From positions 378,377 to 442,376 of the forward strand of contig OZ025728.1 of NCBI GenBank assembly GCA_964019335.1: a DNA stretch of 64,000 bases, in the 5' to 3' direction. Source of the stretch: Diplonema japonicum. Lineage: Eukaryota > Protista > Euglenozoa: Diplonemea. Position 1 is the stretch's first letter. The number at the start of each line of letters is the position of its first letter. The notes below the pieces were generated by a model that was not told the DNA's origin, ran no database searches, and worked only from the letters and a program-made list of their open reading frames with translations. The position numbers were made by a program, and so were the translations under genes. Of the stretch, positions 33,386-44,445 are shown piece after piece.

Positions 33386-35529
33386 CTTTTTCTTCTTCTT
33401 CATACCACAGACATGCACAGCTCCATCAAGCCATTTGCACCTATCTACTCTGGTGCACTGCAGCTGCAGGTATGTACAAATGTCTGGAAATGTTGTATTT
33501 GGATGTAATACAACCCGGCTGTGGTGATCGATGTGGAATACAGAAGAAGCTACAACCCAGCCGTGGTGAGAGATATATGAGTTAAAGGACCTGCACAAGA
33601 CTACTTGATTACAGGGGGTACACCACAGCCGAGTTGTAGCTTCTTCTGCATTCTGTGTCGTGTCCTTAATGTGTGTGGTGTTCAGCTCAACCCCAGCCGG
33701 GGCGTCCTGGGTAACCAAGATTCTGCTTGTGCAGGATTGGGTTGTTCCATTCCCTTCTGCCAAACTGAAAGTCGGAACTTGGCAGAATGGCAGAACTGGA
33801 ACTTGGTGGAACAGGGAATTCCTTACTTTTTTTTTTTGTTTTAACAAAATTATTGTCGAGACTAAAACTAGTTGATGGCAGTGTAATGAGCTATTTTATT
33901 AGGTAAAATTCCGCTTGTGCACACAAACAAATGGAGTGTCAAACTAGTTTTTTTCCCCCCCCTTTTTTTTCCCTCTTTGCATCATCAAGGTTGAAAGTGG
34001 TGACTAACACTGACAGCACAATATTCCGTGTCGTGTCCTTAATGTGTGCAGTGTGCAGCTCAACACCAGCCATGGCCCTGGTAACCAAGATTCTGGGCTG
34101 TTGCTGCCAGTTCATCACCCTGAGCATCTGCAATACGTTCCTCCACTCGGGCACAATCGGTGATGACCAACATGGAGGTCAACAGCGAACAACACATCTG
34201 ATGTACTTCTTATATTTCCATATTTCTGTGATCCCCACCACCAAATAACATGAAAGAGGTAAAGGAGACCAGTGACAGGGGGTGCACCTTGGCCGCTTCT
34301 GCGTTCCGTGTCGTGTCCTTAATGCATGCGGTGTGCAGCTCAACCCCAGCTGGTGCCCTACGTAGTTTACTCACCCTGAGCATCTGCAATTTGTTCTTCC
34401 ACTCAGGGTGCTACAGGTGATGACCGGCCAAGTGGATGGAGGAAATGCCTGTTCGTCGTGTTGGCGGTGCCTGCACAAGAACTGTTAACTTGATACAGGG
34501 GGGCACTGCAGCTGAGTTGTAGCTTCTTCTGTGTTCTGTGTTGTGTTCTTAATGTGTGCAGTGTGCAGCTTAACCCCAGCCGTAGCAACCCGGGGTAACC
34601 AAGATTCTGCGCTCATGCAGTTTGCTGCCAATTCATCACCCTGAGCATCTGCATTATGTTCTCCACTTGGGCGCTACTGGTGATGACCAACATGGAGGTC
34701 AACAGCGAACAACACATCTGATGTACTTCTTATATTTCCATGTTATCCCCACCACCTGAATGATATATATATGAGTTAAAAGAGGCCGGTGTTGGTGGCG
34801 CCCTGCACAAGAACTGTCTGCTTGATTACAGGGGCGCACCGCAACCGAGTTGTAGCTTCTTCTGCATTCCGTGTCATGTCTTTAATGTGTGTGGTGTAGT
34901 TTGCTGCCTGTTTGTCACCCTAAGCATCTGCATTATGTTCTTCCACTCGGGAGCTACCGGTGATGACCGATGAGGAGGTCAACAGTGAACAACACATCTG
35001 ATGTTTTTTCATGCTATCCCCACCACCTTTGGAATAATATACAAGAGTTAAAGGAGGCCGGTGTTGGCAGTGCCCTGCACAAGAACTGTCTACTTGATTA
35101 CAGGGGGTGCACCGCAGCCGGGTTGTAGCTTCTTCTGCGTTCTGCATCGTGTCCTTAATCACTGCGGCCGAGTTGTAGCTTCTTCTGTGCTCCGTGTCGT
35201 GTCCTTAATGTGCAGGGTTCAGCTCAACCCTAGCCGGGGCGCCCTGGGTAACCAAGATTCTGCACTCGTGTGGTTTGCTCGGTGATGACCGATGAGGAGG
35301 TCAACAGCAAACAACACATCTGATGTTTTTCTTATATTTTCATGTTATCCCCACCACCTGAAAAAGAAGATAAAAGTTTTTTTTTTTTTTTCTTCGTTTC
35401 TCATTGTTTTTGTTGTTGTCGTCGTCTCTCAGTACCTGTGTAACATCTTTTCTTGTAGACATCTGTTTATATGTTTGAACTCTGCAGCAAAAAAAAGGGG
35501 GGGATGTGGTGTTGTGGTTGTATCTTGTA

Positions 35530-35720
35530 CGGTCCGGTTCAGTCCAGTCCAGTCCAGTCCGGTCCGGTCCGGTCCGGTCCGGTCCGGTCCGGTCTGGTCC
35601 GGTCTGGTCCAGTCCGGTCCGGTCCGGTCCGGTCCAGTCTGGTCAGTCTGGTCAGTCCGGTCAGTCCGGCATAATTGGGTCGAAATTCACGCCGGATCCG
35701 GTCCGGTCCAGTCCGGTCTA
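35530..35720. repeat. Pentamer microsatellite (GTCCG/GTCCA/GTCTG)n
   Basis: Directly visible; shorter versions at 32915-32950, 33190-33270 and 37035-37100. Confidence 0.9.
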
Positions 35721-35874
35721 GTCCTAATTAGGATTCACCCATCACTGCATTAAGGACACGACATGGAAATATTGTGCTGTCAGTGTTGTGGTGATACAGT
35801 CACCACTTTCAACCTTGATGATGCAAAGAGGAAAAAAGGGGGGAAAGAAAAAAAAAATTAGGTAAGGAATTCCC

Positions 35875-36262
35875 TGTTCCGCCAAGTTCCGCCAGTTCCA
35901 CCATGTTCCACCATGTTCCACCATGTTCCACCATGTTCCACCATGTTCCACCATGTTCCACCATGTTCCACCATGTTCCGCCATGTTCCACCAGTTCCAC
36001 CATGTTCCACCATGTTCCACCATGTTCCACCATGTTCCACCAGTTCCACCATGTTCCGCCAGTTCCGCCATGTTCCACCATGTTCCGCCAGTTCCACCAT
36101 GTTCCACCATGTTCCACCATGTTCCGCCATGTTCCACCAGTTCCACCATGTTCCACCATGTTCCACCATGTTCCACCATGTTCCGCCATGTTCCGCCAGT
36201 TCCACCATGTTCCGCCAGTTCTGCCATGTTCCGCCAGTTCTACCAGTTCCGCCAAGTTCCGG
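35875..36262. repeat. Decamer/nonamer minisatellite (GTTCCACCAT)n with GTTCCGCCAT and GTTCCACCA variants
   Basis: Directly visible, roughly 39 units. Confidence 0.95.
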
Positions 36263-36692
36263 TTCCGCCGACTTTTCAGTTTGGTGGAAGGGAACGGAAC
36301 GACCCACCCCTGCCCAGAGCACTGGCTAGGGTTGAGCTGCACACCGCATGCATTAAGGACACAACGTGGAATGCAAACGCGGCCGAGGTGCACCCTGTCA
36401 CTGGTTTCCTTTACCTCTTTTATTATTGAGTGGTGGGGATAACACAGAAATATGGAAATATAAAGAAGTACATCAGATGTGTTGTTCGCTGTTGACCTCC
36501 ACGTTGGTCATCACTGGTAGCGCCCGTGTGGGAGAAGATTACAGGGGCGCCATGGCTGGGGTTGAGACGCATTAAGGACACGACGTGGAACGCAGAAGAA
36601 GCTACAGCTAGGCCAAGGTGTGCCCCCTGTAATCAAGTAGACAATGTTGTGGTGATATAGTCACCACTTTCGACCTTGATGATGCAAAGAGG

Positions 36693-36723
<31 letters not shown>

Positions 36724-36932
36724 AAAAAAAAGGGCAAAAAAAAAAAAAAAAAAAATTAGGTAAGGAATTCCCTGTTCCGCCAAGTTCCGCCAAGTTCCGA
36801 CTTTTCAGTTTGGCGGAAGGGAACGGAACGACCCACCCCTGACCCAGGCCCCACCCACCCCTACCCCTACCCGAGGCCAGGGAGGGAGAAAAAGAAAGGA
36901 GAGGGCTTGGCCAGCCAAAAAAAAAGAGGTTT

Positions 36933-36966
<34 letters not shown>

Positions 36967-37209
36967 CCTCAGACCAGACTGCCCACCTGATTACAGGGGG
37001 CGCCTCGGCCAAGTTGTTGTGTGGTGTTGTATCTTGTCTGGTCCAGTTCAGTCCAGTCCAGTCTGGTCTGGTCCAGTCCAGTCTGGTCCAGTCTGGTCAG
37101 TCAAGCGATGCAGCTCATGTTTTTGTGCCTTCCTTGAATCAGCAAAGCTGTGTCCTGCTCCACCCTTCTCGAGAGTGCTGTGACCAACTTCAGCAGAGGG
37201 CGTGTTGAC

Positions 37210-37564
37210 ACGTCGAGTAGAGAAAAAAAAAGGGAGGGGAACTCATTTGCAGTTTATTATTATTATTATTATTCTCAAGCTTTATTCTCTATACTTGTTG
37301 CAAAAGAAATGCTGCATTAAGTCGTAAAGGTATTTTTCACCCCTCTCCCCATTTCCCTCTCTTTTATTATTCCTTGTGGAATGGCATGCATGGTGTTGCG
37401 AGGCATTTTTATTCGCTAGACCGCGTATTCGCTTGTTTTTTCCAAAAAAGGAGAAGAAAACAAAAAGAGAGAGAGAGAAAGAAAAAAAAAAAAAAAAAGG
37501 AAAGAAAACTTGGAGTATGGATGGTATCAATACTTCACTTTATCTCTTAAATCTTTTCATCAGG

Positions 37565-37622
<58 letters not shown>

Positions 37623-38360
37623 CTTTTATTTTCTTCTTTTTTTTAAATTTATTTTTTTTTCCTTACTTCAATTCGTGTTGTAGAGTTAGGTTGGTTTTTG
37701 GGATTCCTTTCTTTTTTTCTTCTTCTTCTTTCCATTTTCCCTCACGACTCTCTGCCCTATTGTGCTCCGAGCATTTGCTTAGGAGGTTATGTTTCTTAGC
37801 AGTTGCGAAAGTACAGCAGAGAAAAGCGTTTGCAAAAGAAAGAAAGAAAGAAAGAAAGAAAGAAAAAAAAAGAAAGTTGACATATCCCCTTTGCTAATTG
37901 CTGCTCTACTCTTTTTTTTTCTCTTTTCTTTTTAAAAAAAAAAAAAAAATAATGACCTTTTCATGTCATGGTGTGCATCAACTACTAACACCGCTTAACG
38001 ATGAGTACACGGGGTGAACACGAAACCAGAAATTTCGGTTTCGTGTTCCCCCCGTGATCCCTCTCTTATGGGACCCCACAGGGACCAGGCTAGCATTGTC
38101 ACACACATGGATAAAAAAGAAAACCGGTCCTTTTTTTTTTTTTAAATTTTTTTTTCTATACACAAAGATCTAAACTGTGAGTATGAAGGGCTGCTTTTGC
38201 GCTGGAAGGGAGGGCTCCGAGGAAGGAATTATCCCAACAACATCTCAATCTTTCATAACGTGGATGTTCTCCATCACTCTCTCTTTTTTTGCCTTCTGCA
38301 GGACTTCAGAAATACAGTTATCTTCTTCTTTTTAATTCTTTACTTGTTTTTTTTTTTTTT

Positions 38361-38392
<32 letters not shown>

Positions 38393-38549
38393 TTTAATAT
38401 ATATATCACTCTTTCCTTTGCTTCATATTGTAGAGGTCAGAGTGAAGAATAAAATTCCTCCCTTTTTCTTCTTCTTTTTTCTTTTCTTTTTGTTCCCTCT
38501 TCTTCTTCTTCATACATGGTTGTTCCCACCACCACCAGGTTTTTACCCA

Positions 38550-38594
<45 letters not shown>

Positions 38595-38600
38595 CAAAAG
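37210..38600 (+). repeat. Duplicated upstream/intergenic module, copy 1 (before tyrosinase)
   Basis: Colinear similarity with 40390-41701 (e.g. ATTCTCAAGCTTTATTCTCTATACTTGTTGCAAAAGAAATGC; GGGACCCCACAGGGACCAGGCTAGCATTGT; CAGGTTTTTA). Confidence 0.85.
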
Positions 38601-40250
38601 ATGCATACTTCGGTGCTTCTAGCGCTAATCCTGAGCCTAGCGGGTGGGGCAGCAGCAGCGGAAAAGTGCACCGACCTGCGGCTCTCCGGCGGGGGGATCT
38701 GGGTGGACAAGCCTTACGAGACTGGTTGTGACTGGTACGGTGCGGTGGCGCAGCGCTGCGGGTGGTACGGCTCTCGCTACCGGAACGAACACGTGGCGAA
38801 CGAGGCGTGCTGCGTGTGCGGCGGGGGGAAGACCTCAAACGAGACCGATGTGCCGGCGACGCCCAGCCCGCCCACCGATGCGCCGGCGACGCCCAGCCCG
38901 CCCACCGGGTGCGGGCCGCGTGTGAGGAAGGGGTGGTCCATGCTGTCGTGCACGGAGAGGGAGCACTTCATCGAGGCAGTGCGGACGCTGCACTCGGAGA
39001 ATACCACAGACTACCACGACCTGTCGCAGCTGCACAGGAACAACGGAAGGTACGCGCACGGGACTTCTGCCTTCCTCCCCTGGCACCGCTGGTTCCTGGT
39101 CGGCTACGAGAACGCCCTGCGCTCCCTCCCCGGGTTCGAGTGCATGACGGTCCCGTACTGGGACTGGGAGAGGGACGACGCGGAGGAGCGCTTCAGCACA
39201 ACCTTCAGGGCGAAGACCTTCGGAACGAGGAGCGGTGTGGGGGGCTGGCCCGACAACTGCGTGACGGAGGGAGTGGCGGCGGGGTGGACGGCATCGGACG
39301 GGGATTGCCTGTCCAGGAACTGGGGCGGGGCTGGGTTCGCAGGGGCGATGGAGATCTCGGCGATCATCACCTCGAACGCGGCCTTCCGGAACTTCCGCCC
39401 CGTCTTGGAGGGGAACCCGCACGCCGCCCCGCACATCTACGTCAGCGGCCACATGGGGTCGTACCTGAGCCCCGACGACCCGCTCTTCTTCGTGCACCAC
39501 GCGAACGTGGACAGGATATGGGCCTTGTGGCAGGACTACCACGGCTACGACGAGGTCCCGAAGGACGCCCTCAACGAGACCATCTACTTCTCCGCTTCGT
39601 CCGCTGAGGACATGAGCCTGGAGGGGACGCTGCCCTTCACCGTGGACGGGAGCAGGATCCCCACCTTCTTCAAGGACCACCCCGCCACCATCCGCGACAT
39701 GCACAGCATCACAGACCTCCCATACGGTGCGAGCTACACCTACGGCACGGACACCCTTGCGGACCTCATCGGGAGCCCCTTGAGGGGGAGCTGGGACCTC
39801 GTTGTTCCCGGGACGGCCCCGAAGCTGACGTGCTGCGGTGACGGGACAGTGGACACTGCGGAGATGGGGGGTGCTGAGGAGTGCGACGACGGGAACACTG
39901 TTGACGGGGACGGCTGTTCCTCCACCTGTGTGAGCGAGGGGGGAGCTTCCAGGGAGGGGGCTGTTCTCAACAACAAGGACAACAACAAGAACAACAAGGA
40001 GGGCAATTCCCGCGCAGCGTTCAAGGAGCACTTCCTCTCAGACAAGAACCTCGAGTTGATGTTCGACGAGGCAGACGCGACGAGGGAGAAGGAGGGGGAG
40101 AGCAAGTCTGATATGTTTAAAGACCTTGCGCAAGAGGAATGCCACAGACACTCCACCGGCCAGGACCAGATCCCCGACTCTTTCATCTCCATGATGAGGG
40201 CACCGGTCTCCGCACGTGGTCTGTACAAGCCTTGCGGTTCCTTGAAGTAG
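38601..40250 (+). CDS. Secreted tyrosinase (type-3 copper protein) with Cys-rich accessory domains
   Basis: Signal peptide; CuA H..AHGTSAFLPWHR; VPYWDW; CuB PHAAPH...SPDDPLFFVHHANVDRIW; Myxococcus-type Cys repeat CGDG...EECDDGNTVDGDGCSSTC. Confidence 0.92.
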   Translation: MHTSVLLALILSLAGGAAAAEKCTDLRLSGGGIWVDKPYETGCDWYGAVAQRCGWYGSRYRNEHVANEACCVCGGGKTSNETDVPATPSPPTDAPATPSPPTGCGPRVRKGWSMLSCTEREHFIEAVRTLHSENTTDYHDLSQLHRNNGRYAHGTSAFLPWHRWFLVGYENALRSLPGFECMTVPYWDWERDDAEERFSTTFRAKTFGTRSGVGGWPDNCVTEGVAAGWTASDGDCLSRNWGGAGFAGAMEISAIITSNAAFRNFRPVLEGNPHAAPHIYVSGHMGSYLSPDDPLFFVHHANVDRIWALWQDYHGYDEVPKDALNETIYFSASSAEDMSLEGTLPFTVDGSRIPTFFKDHPATIRDMHSITDLPYGASYTYGTDTLADLIGSPLRGSWDLVVPGTAPKLTCCGDGTVDTAEMGGAEECDDGNTVDGDGCSSTCVSEGGASREGAVLNNKDNNKNNKEGNSRAAFKEHFLSDKNLELMFDEADATREKEGESKSDMFKDLAQEECHRHSTGQDQIPDSFISMMRAPVSARGLYKPCGSLK

Positions 40251-40389
40251 AGAGGCACAAAGAAAACAATCACTCCGCTTTTCTTTCTTGCGGGAGTTTT
40301 TTATTTTATTTTTTCCCCTACTAAAAAATCTGTTTTTTCAAAAAAAAAAAAAAAAAAAAAAGAGTACATATCTTAATTCCTTGTGCATT

Positions 40390-41017
40390 TTGGGCCGAGT
40401 GGAGAAAAAAAGGGGGAAGAAGAAAAAAAAAGCACAAAAAAAAACTAATTTGCAATTTTTTTTTGTTTTTATTTTTTTTTTATTCTCAAGCTTTATTCTC
40501 TATACTTGTTGCAAAAGAAATGCATTAAATCGTAAAGGTATTTTTCACTCCCTTTCCCCCCTTCGTTTCCTACTTTTTTTTATTATTATTCCTTGCGGAA
40601 TGGTATTCAAAAAAAAAAAAAGAAAAAAAAAGAAGGAGAGAGAGAGAGAGAGAGACAGAAAAAAAAAAAGAAGGAAAGAAAGAAAACCTGGAGTACGGAT
40701 CGTAACAATCCTTCAGTTTATCGCTTATCTTTTCATTATCAGGTGTTTCTCTCTATTCCTCTCATTTCTTTTTCTGTTCTTTTAAATTCATTTTTTTCTT
40801 CAATTCGTGTTCATTTTTGTAGAGTTGGTTTTTGGGATTCCTTTTATTTTTTTCTAAATTTTCCCCCCCTCACGACTCTCTGCCCTATTGTGCTCCGAGC
40901 ATTTGCTTAAGAGGTTATGTTTCTTAGCAGTTGCGAAAGTACAGCAGAGAAAAGCGTTTGAAAGATTGGAAAAAAAAAAAAAAAGTTGACATATCCCTTT
41001 TGCTAATTGCTGCTCTA

Positions 41018-41062
<45 letters not shown>

Positions 41063-41483
41063 GACCCCTTTTCATGTCATGGTAGCACCGCTTAGCGATG
41101 AGTTCCCCGTGATCCCTCTCTTATGGGACCCCACAGGGACCAGGCTAGCATTGTGTCACACACATGGATAAAAAAAAAAAGAAAACTGGTCTTTTTTTCT
41201 TCTTCTTTTTGCTTTCTTCCCTCTCCTTTAAATATTTATTGCATCAACAAAGATCTAAACTGTGAGTATGAAGGGCTGCTTGTTGCGCTGGTGGGGCACT
41301 GCCTCCGGCTGCTCCTTCGAAGGAGGCATCTCAATCTTTCATAACGTGAATGTTCTCACTCTTCTTCTTTTTTTTGCCTTCTGCAGGACTTCCGGGCATC
41401 TCCACAGCAGGGTAAGCCTGGATTCAGAAATACAGTTATCTTCTCGTCTTTTTTCTTTTAAATCCTTTTGTTGTTTTTCTTCT

Positions 41484-41524
<41 letters not shown>

Positions 41525-41701
41525 CATTCTTTCCTTTACTTTCATATTGTAGAGGCGCTCAGAGTGAAAAAAAAAAGAGAAAAAAAAATAAAGAAAAAAA
41601 TAAAATTCCTCCCATTTTTCTTTTTTTTGTTGTTGTTCATATAAATGGTTGTTTGAATCCCCCAACAGGTTTTTTATACACACGAAAAAAAGAAAATAAT
41701 A
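40390..41701 (+). repeat. Duplicated upstream/intergenic module, copy 2 (before chitinase)
   Basis: Paralogous to 37210-38600. Confidence 0.85.
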
Positions 41702-43291
41702 ATGAAGACACTAAAGATGCTTGGGTTGATGCTGCTTGCGGCAGGGGCAGCAGGGCAGTCAGTGGCAGACTGCCAACGCTGCATCAACAGGAATGAGCCT
41801 TGCTACAAATCCGGGTGGGCAGAGCCGTGCTACCCTGGCGGGGGCAGCGCGAGCGTGTGCACGTCGAACCGGGCGACGTGGTGCCCGTCGATGGGGGGCA
41901 CGGTGCCGGCGCCCCCTCCGACGCCGACGCCCCCGACCCCTCCGCCCGGGCCGTCGGCGCAGGCGGAGGAGGACAGCAGGATGATCGCCTACGTCGGGAA
42001 CTGGCAGGCGTGCCCCACGGATGCGCAGATGAACGCCTACACGCACGTGCTCGTGTCGTTCGCGGTGACCTACACGTGGAACCCCGGGAAGAACACCTGC
42101 AACCAGCAGTGCCAGATCTCGTCGCCCGTGCCGGTGTGCGGGAACGCCCCGCAGCCGGCGCTCGTGCAGAAGTGGAGGGCAGCGGGGAAGAAGGTGATCC
42201 TGTCCTTCGGGGGCGCTGGGATGGGGGGCTCTTGGGACGGGCTGGACGACTGCTGGGAGTACTGCTACGGGAAGGAGGACTTCGTGATCCAGCAGCTGGT
42301 GGAGATCGCGAGGGACCAGAACTTTGACGGGGTGGACATTGACTACGAGTACTACTACGAGGACGGGCAGAGGGGGTCCTCCTTCGCGAAGGGGGCGCAG
42401 GCACAGAAGTTCCTGAGGGACGTGACGGTCGGGCTGAGGCAGAGCCTCCCCTCCGGGAGCGAGGTCTCGCACGCCCCGATGGACATCGACATGAAGCAGG
42501 GGACCGGCTACTACAACGTCATCAAGGAGGTGGCGAGCTCCATGGACTTCATCATGCCGCAGTACTACAACGGGGTGACCCGCCCCAACTCGGACGGGAT
42601 CAACGGCGGGGTACACGAGTCCGCCCTGGCGCACTACAAGACTCTTGTGACGGACTGCTTCGGGAACGACCCCACGAAGGTGGTCTTCGGCTTCTGCATC
42701 AGCGACTGCGGGGGCACCGGCTCCAACAGCAACGCGCAGCAGGCCATCAGCGTGATGGAGGACCTGAACAAGGAGTACGCCTGCAACGGGGGGGCCTTCT
42801 TCTGGGTTGCCGCCCACGACGGGAACGGGGCCTGGTCCCAGGCAGTCTCCGCCACCGTCACTCCTTCCAGGGGGTGCAGCCACGGGAACAACCCCCCTCC
42901 TGCCTCCACCCCGATGCCTACTCCAATGCCGACCCCTGTGCCCACTACCGTCGCCTCCACCCCGGTTCCCACAACTGCCCGCACTCCTGCTCCTACCCCG
43001 ATGCCTACTCCGATGCCGACCCCGATGCCTACCCCTCAGCCCGATACCACTGTTCGCACCCCTGCCCCTACTCCGATGCCTACCCCCGCTCCCACTCCTC
43101 AGCCCGCTGCCTCCACACCGGTCCCCACCTCGGACGCCAGCTGTGCCCGCAGGATCGGTGCATGGGGTGGGTGCCTCTCAGACCCTAACTGCTGCGAGGC
43201 TGGGCTGTCGTGCTACCAGCAGAACCAGTGGTGGGCCAGGTGCCTGTCTGTTTGCCACTACGCACCCGAGTGCGTGAAGATCGGCAACTAG
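41702..43291 (+). CDS. Secreted GH18 chitinase with Pro/Thr linker and C-terminal CBM1-like domain
   Basis: Signal peptide; [17 protein letters not shown] (DxxDxDxE), MPQYYN; PT repeats; WGGC...[18 protein letters not shown]. Confidence 0.92.
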   Translation: MKTLKMLGLMLLAAGAAGQSVADCQRCINRNEPCYKSGWAEPCYPGGGSASVCTSNRATWCPSMGGTVPAPPPTPTPPTPPPGPSAQAEEDSRMIAYVGNWQACPTDAQMNAYTHVLVSFAVTYTWNPGKNTCNQQCQISSPVPVCGNAPQPALVQKWRAAGKKVILSFGGAGMGGSWDGLDDCWEYCYGKEDFVIQQLVEIARDQNFDGVDIDYEYYYEDGQRGSSFAKGAQAQKFLRDVTVGLRQSLPSGSEVSHAPMDIDMKQGTGYYNVIKEVASSMDFIMPQYYNGVTRPNSDGINGGVHESALAHYKTLVTDCFGNDPTKVVFGFCISDCGGTGSNSNAQQAISVMEDLNKEYACNGGAFFWVAAHDGNGAWSQAVSATVTPSRGCSHGNNPPPASTPMPTPMPTPVPTTVASTPVPTTARTPAPTPMPTPMPTPMPTPQPDTTVRTPAPTPMPTPAPTPQPAASTPVPTSDASCARRIGAWGGCLSDPNCCEAGLSCYQQNQWWARCLSVCHYAPECVKIGN

Positions 43292-44445
43292 GCTACACTC
43301 ACGATAAATAAATACACGAGATGTGAGAAAAAGGAGGGGTTCTCTCTTATTTAAAAAAGAAGAAAAAAAATTTTTTTGAAGTACTACCTTTGATTATTGA
43401 ATTATTTTTGTGTCCCATTTGTGGTAAATGTTTTCTGACCAAAGCGGCTAGGAAGAGCAGGGTGTGAAAGGTGATGACACTTGTCCCTTCCCTGAACACC
43501 ACTCTTTTCAAAAAAAAAAAAAAAAAAAAAAAGCCAAAAGAACCTTTGCCGGTTTCAAACCTCTTCCTCTCCCTCTCTCTTTTTTTTTTTTAAAGCAAAT
43601 TCTTTTTTTTCTTTGGTGGGTCGTAGCCAACATATTTCTCGTCCCATCATACTTTTTCTTGTTTTTTTTTTTTTTTTTTTTTTTGAGATACGTAGAGACA
43701 AAGGAGGGACGTTCTAAACAAGAACCTCCTTTATCTCATCTCTTTATTTCCTTTTTGTATCACAGGCTTCACTTTTTATAAAGGTACCTCCAAAATAATA
43801 TTCTCAAAGGTCCTACACGAAGTCCATCCACCTGATACTCTTCTTCATATGACTATTTTCTTCAAGATTGATTTTTTATTTATTTACTTAGTTACTTTCT
43901 TTTGTCTGATAAATATTCCACACAGGTTTATTTTTCTATTTATTTAAACACTCTTCTTGAAAATGTCACGCGCGATTGCTGCATGTGTCCTGCTGCTTGG
44001 GTCCCTCGTCGGGACGGCTGTTGCCCAGACATGCCCCCTCACCTTCGTGGGGACGTGAAGCAGTTCGTGGTGGAGCAGGAGAACGGGACCAAAACTGCAA
44101 CAACTTCGTTTACCGCATCTAGGTGATGGATGGAAGGGTCGAAGGAAAGAACAGCTGCAAGCTAATTGAAGTCGTGAAGCACCTCCTTCTGGAATGCAAC
44201 AATACATAAACTGGATAAAGCAGCGGTCGAAGTGGGCAGGGATGAGATTTTAGCATGTTAAAAGCAGTTCGTGTGCATGTGGGGTTGACACATGCCCTCA
44301 CAGAAGAGCCCTTTATATATACAATCTTTGTTAACGTGATCCAAACTAGCTTACTAGAAAAGTGCATCTCTAAAATGGAATAGAATAGCGGAAATATGTG
44401 GACGTTCCAAAGGTAGCTGATCCGACGTTATTGGGATTTTATCTA

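Larger units (their letters stand above)
32080..37100. repeat. Second mosaic repeat block (same modules as 18.6-22 kb, both orientations)
   Basis: 32262-32407 is the reverse complement of 20030-20175; multiple module copies with internal inversions. Confidence 0.85.

Noticed and set aside
35742-36442. Repetitive ORFs (MVEHGGTWWN / MFHHVPPCST)
   Set aside because: Translations of the decamer minisatellite, open in all frames.
38762-42984. Long antisense and alternate-frame ORFs over the tyrosinase and chitinase
   Set aside because: By-products of high GC3 codon usage.
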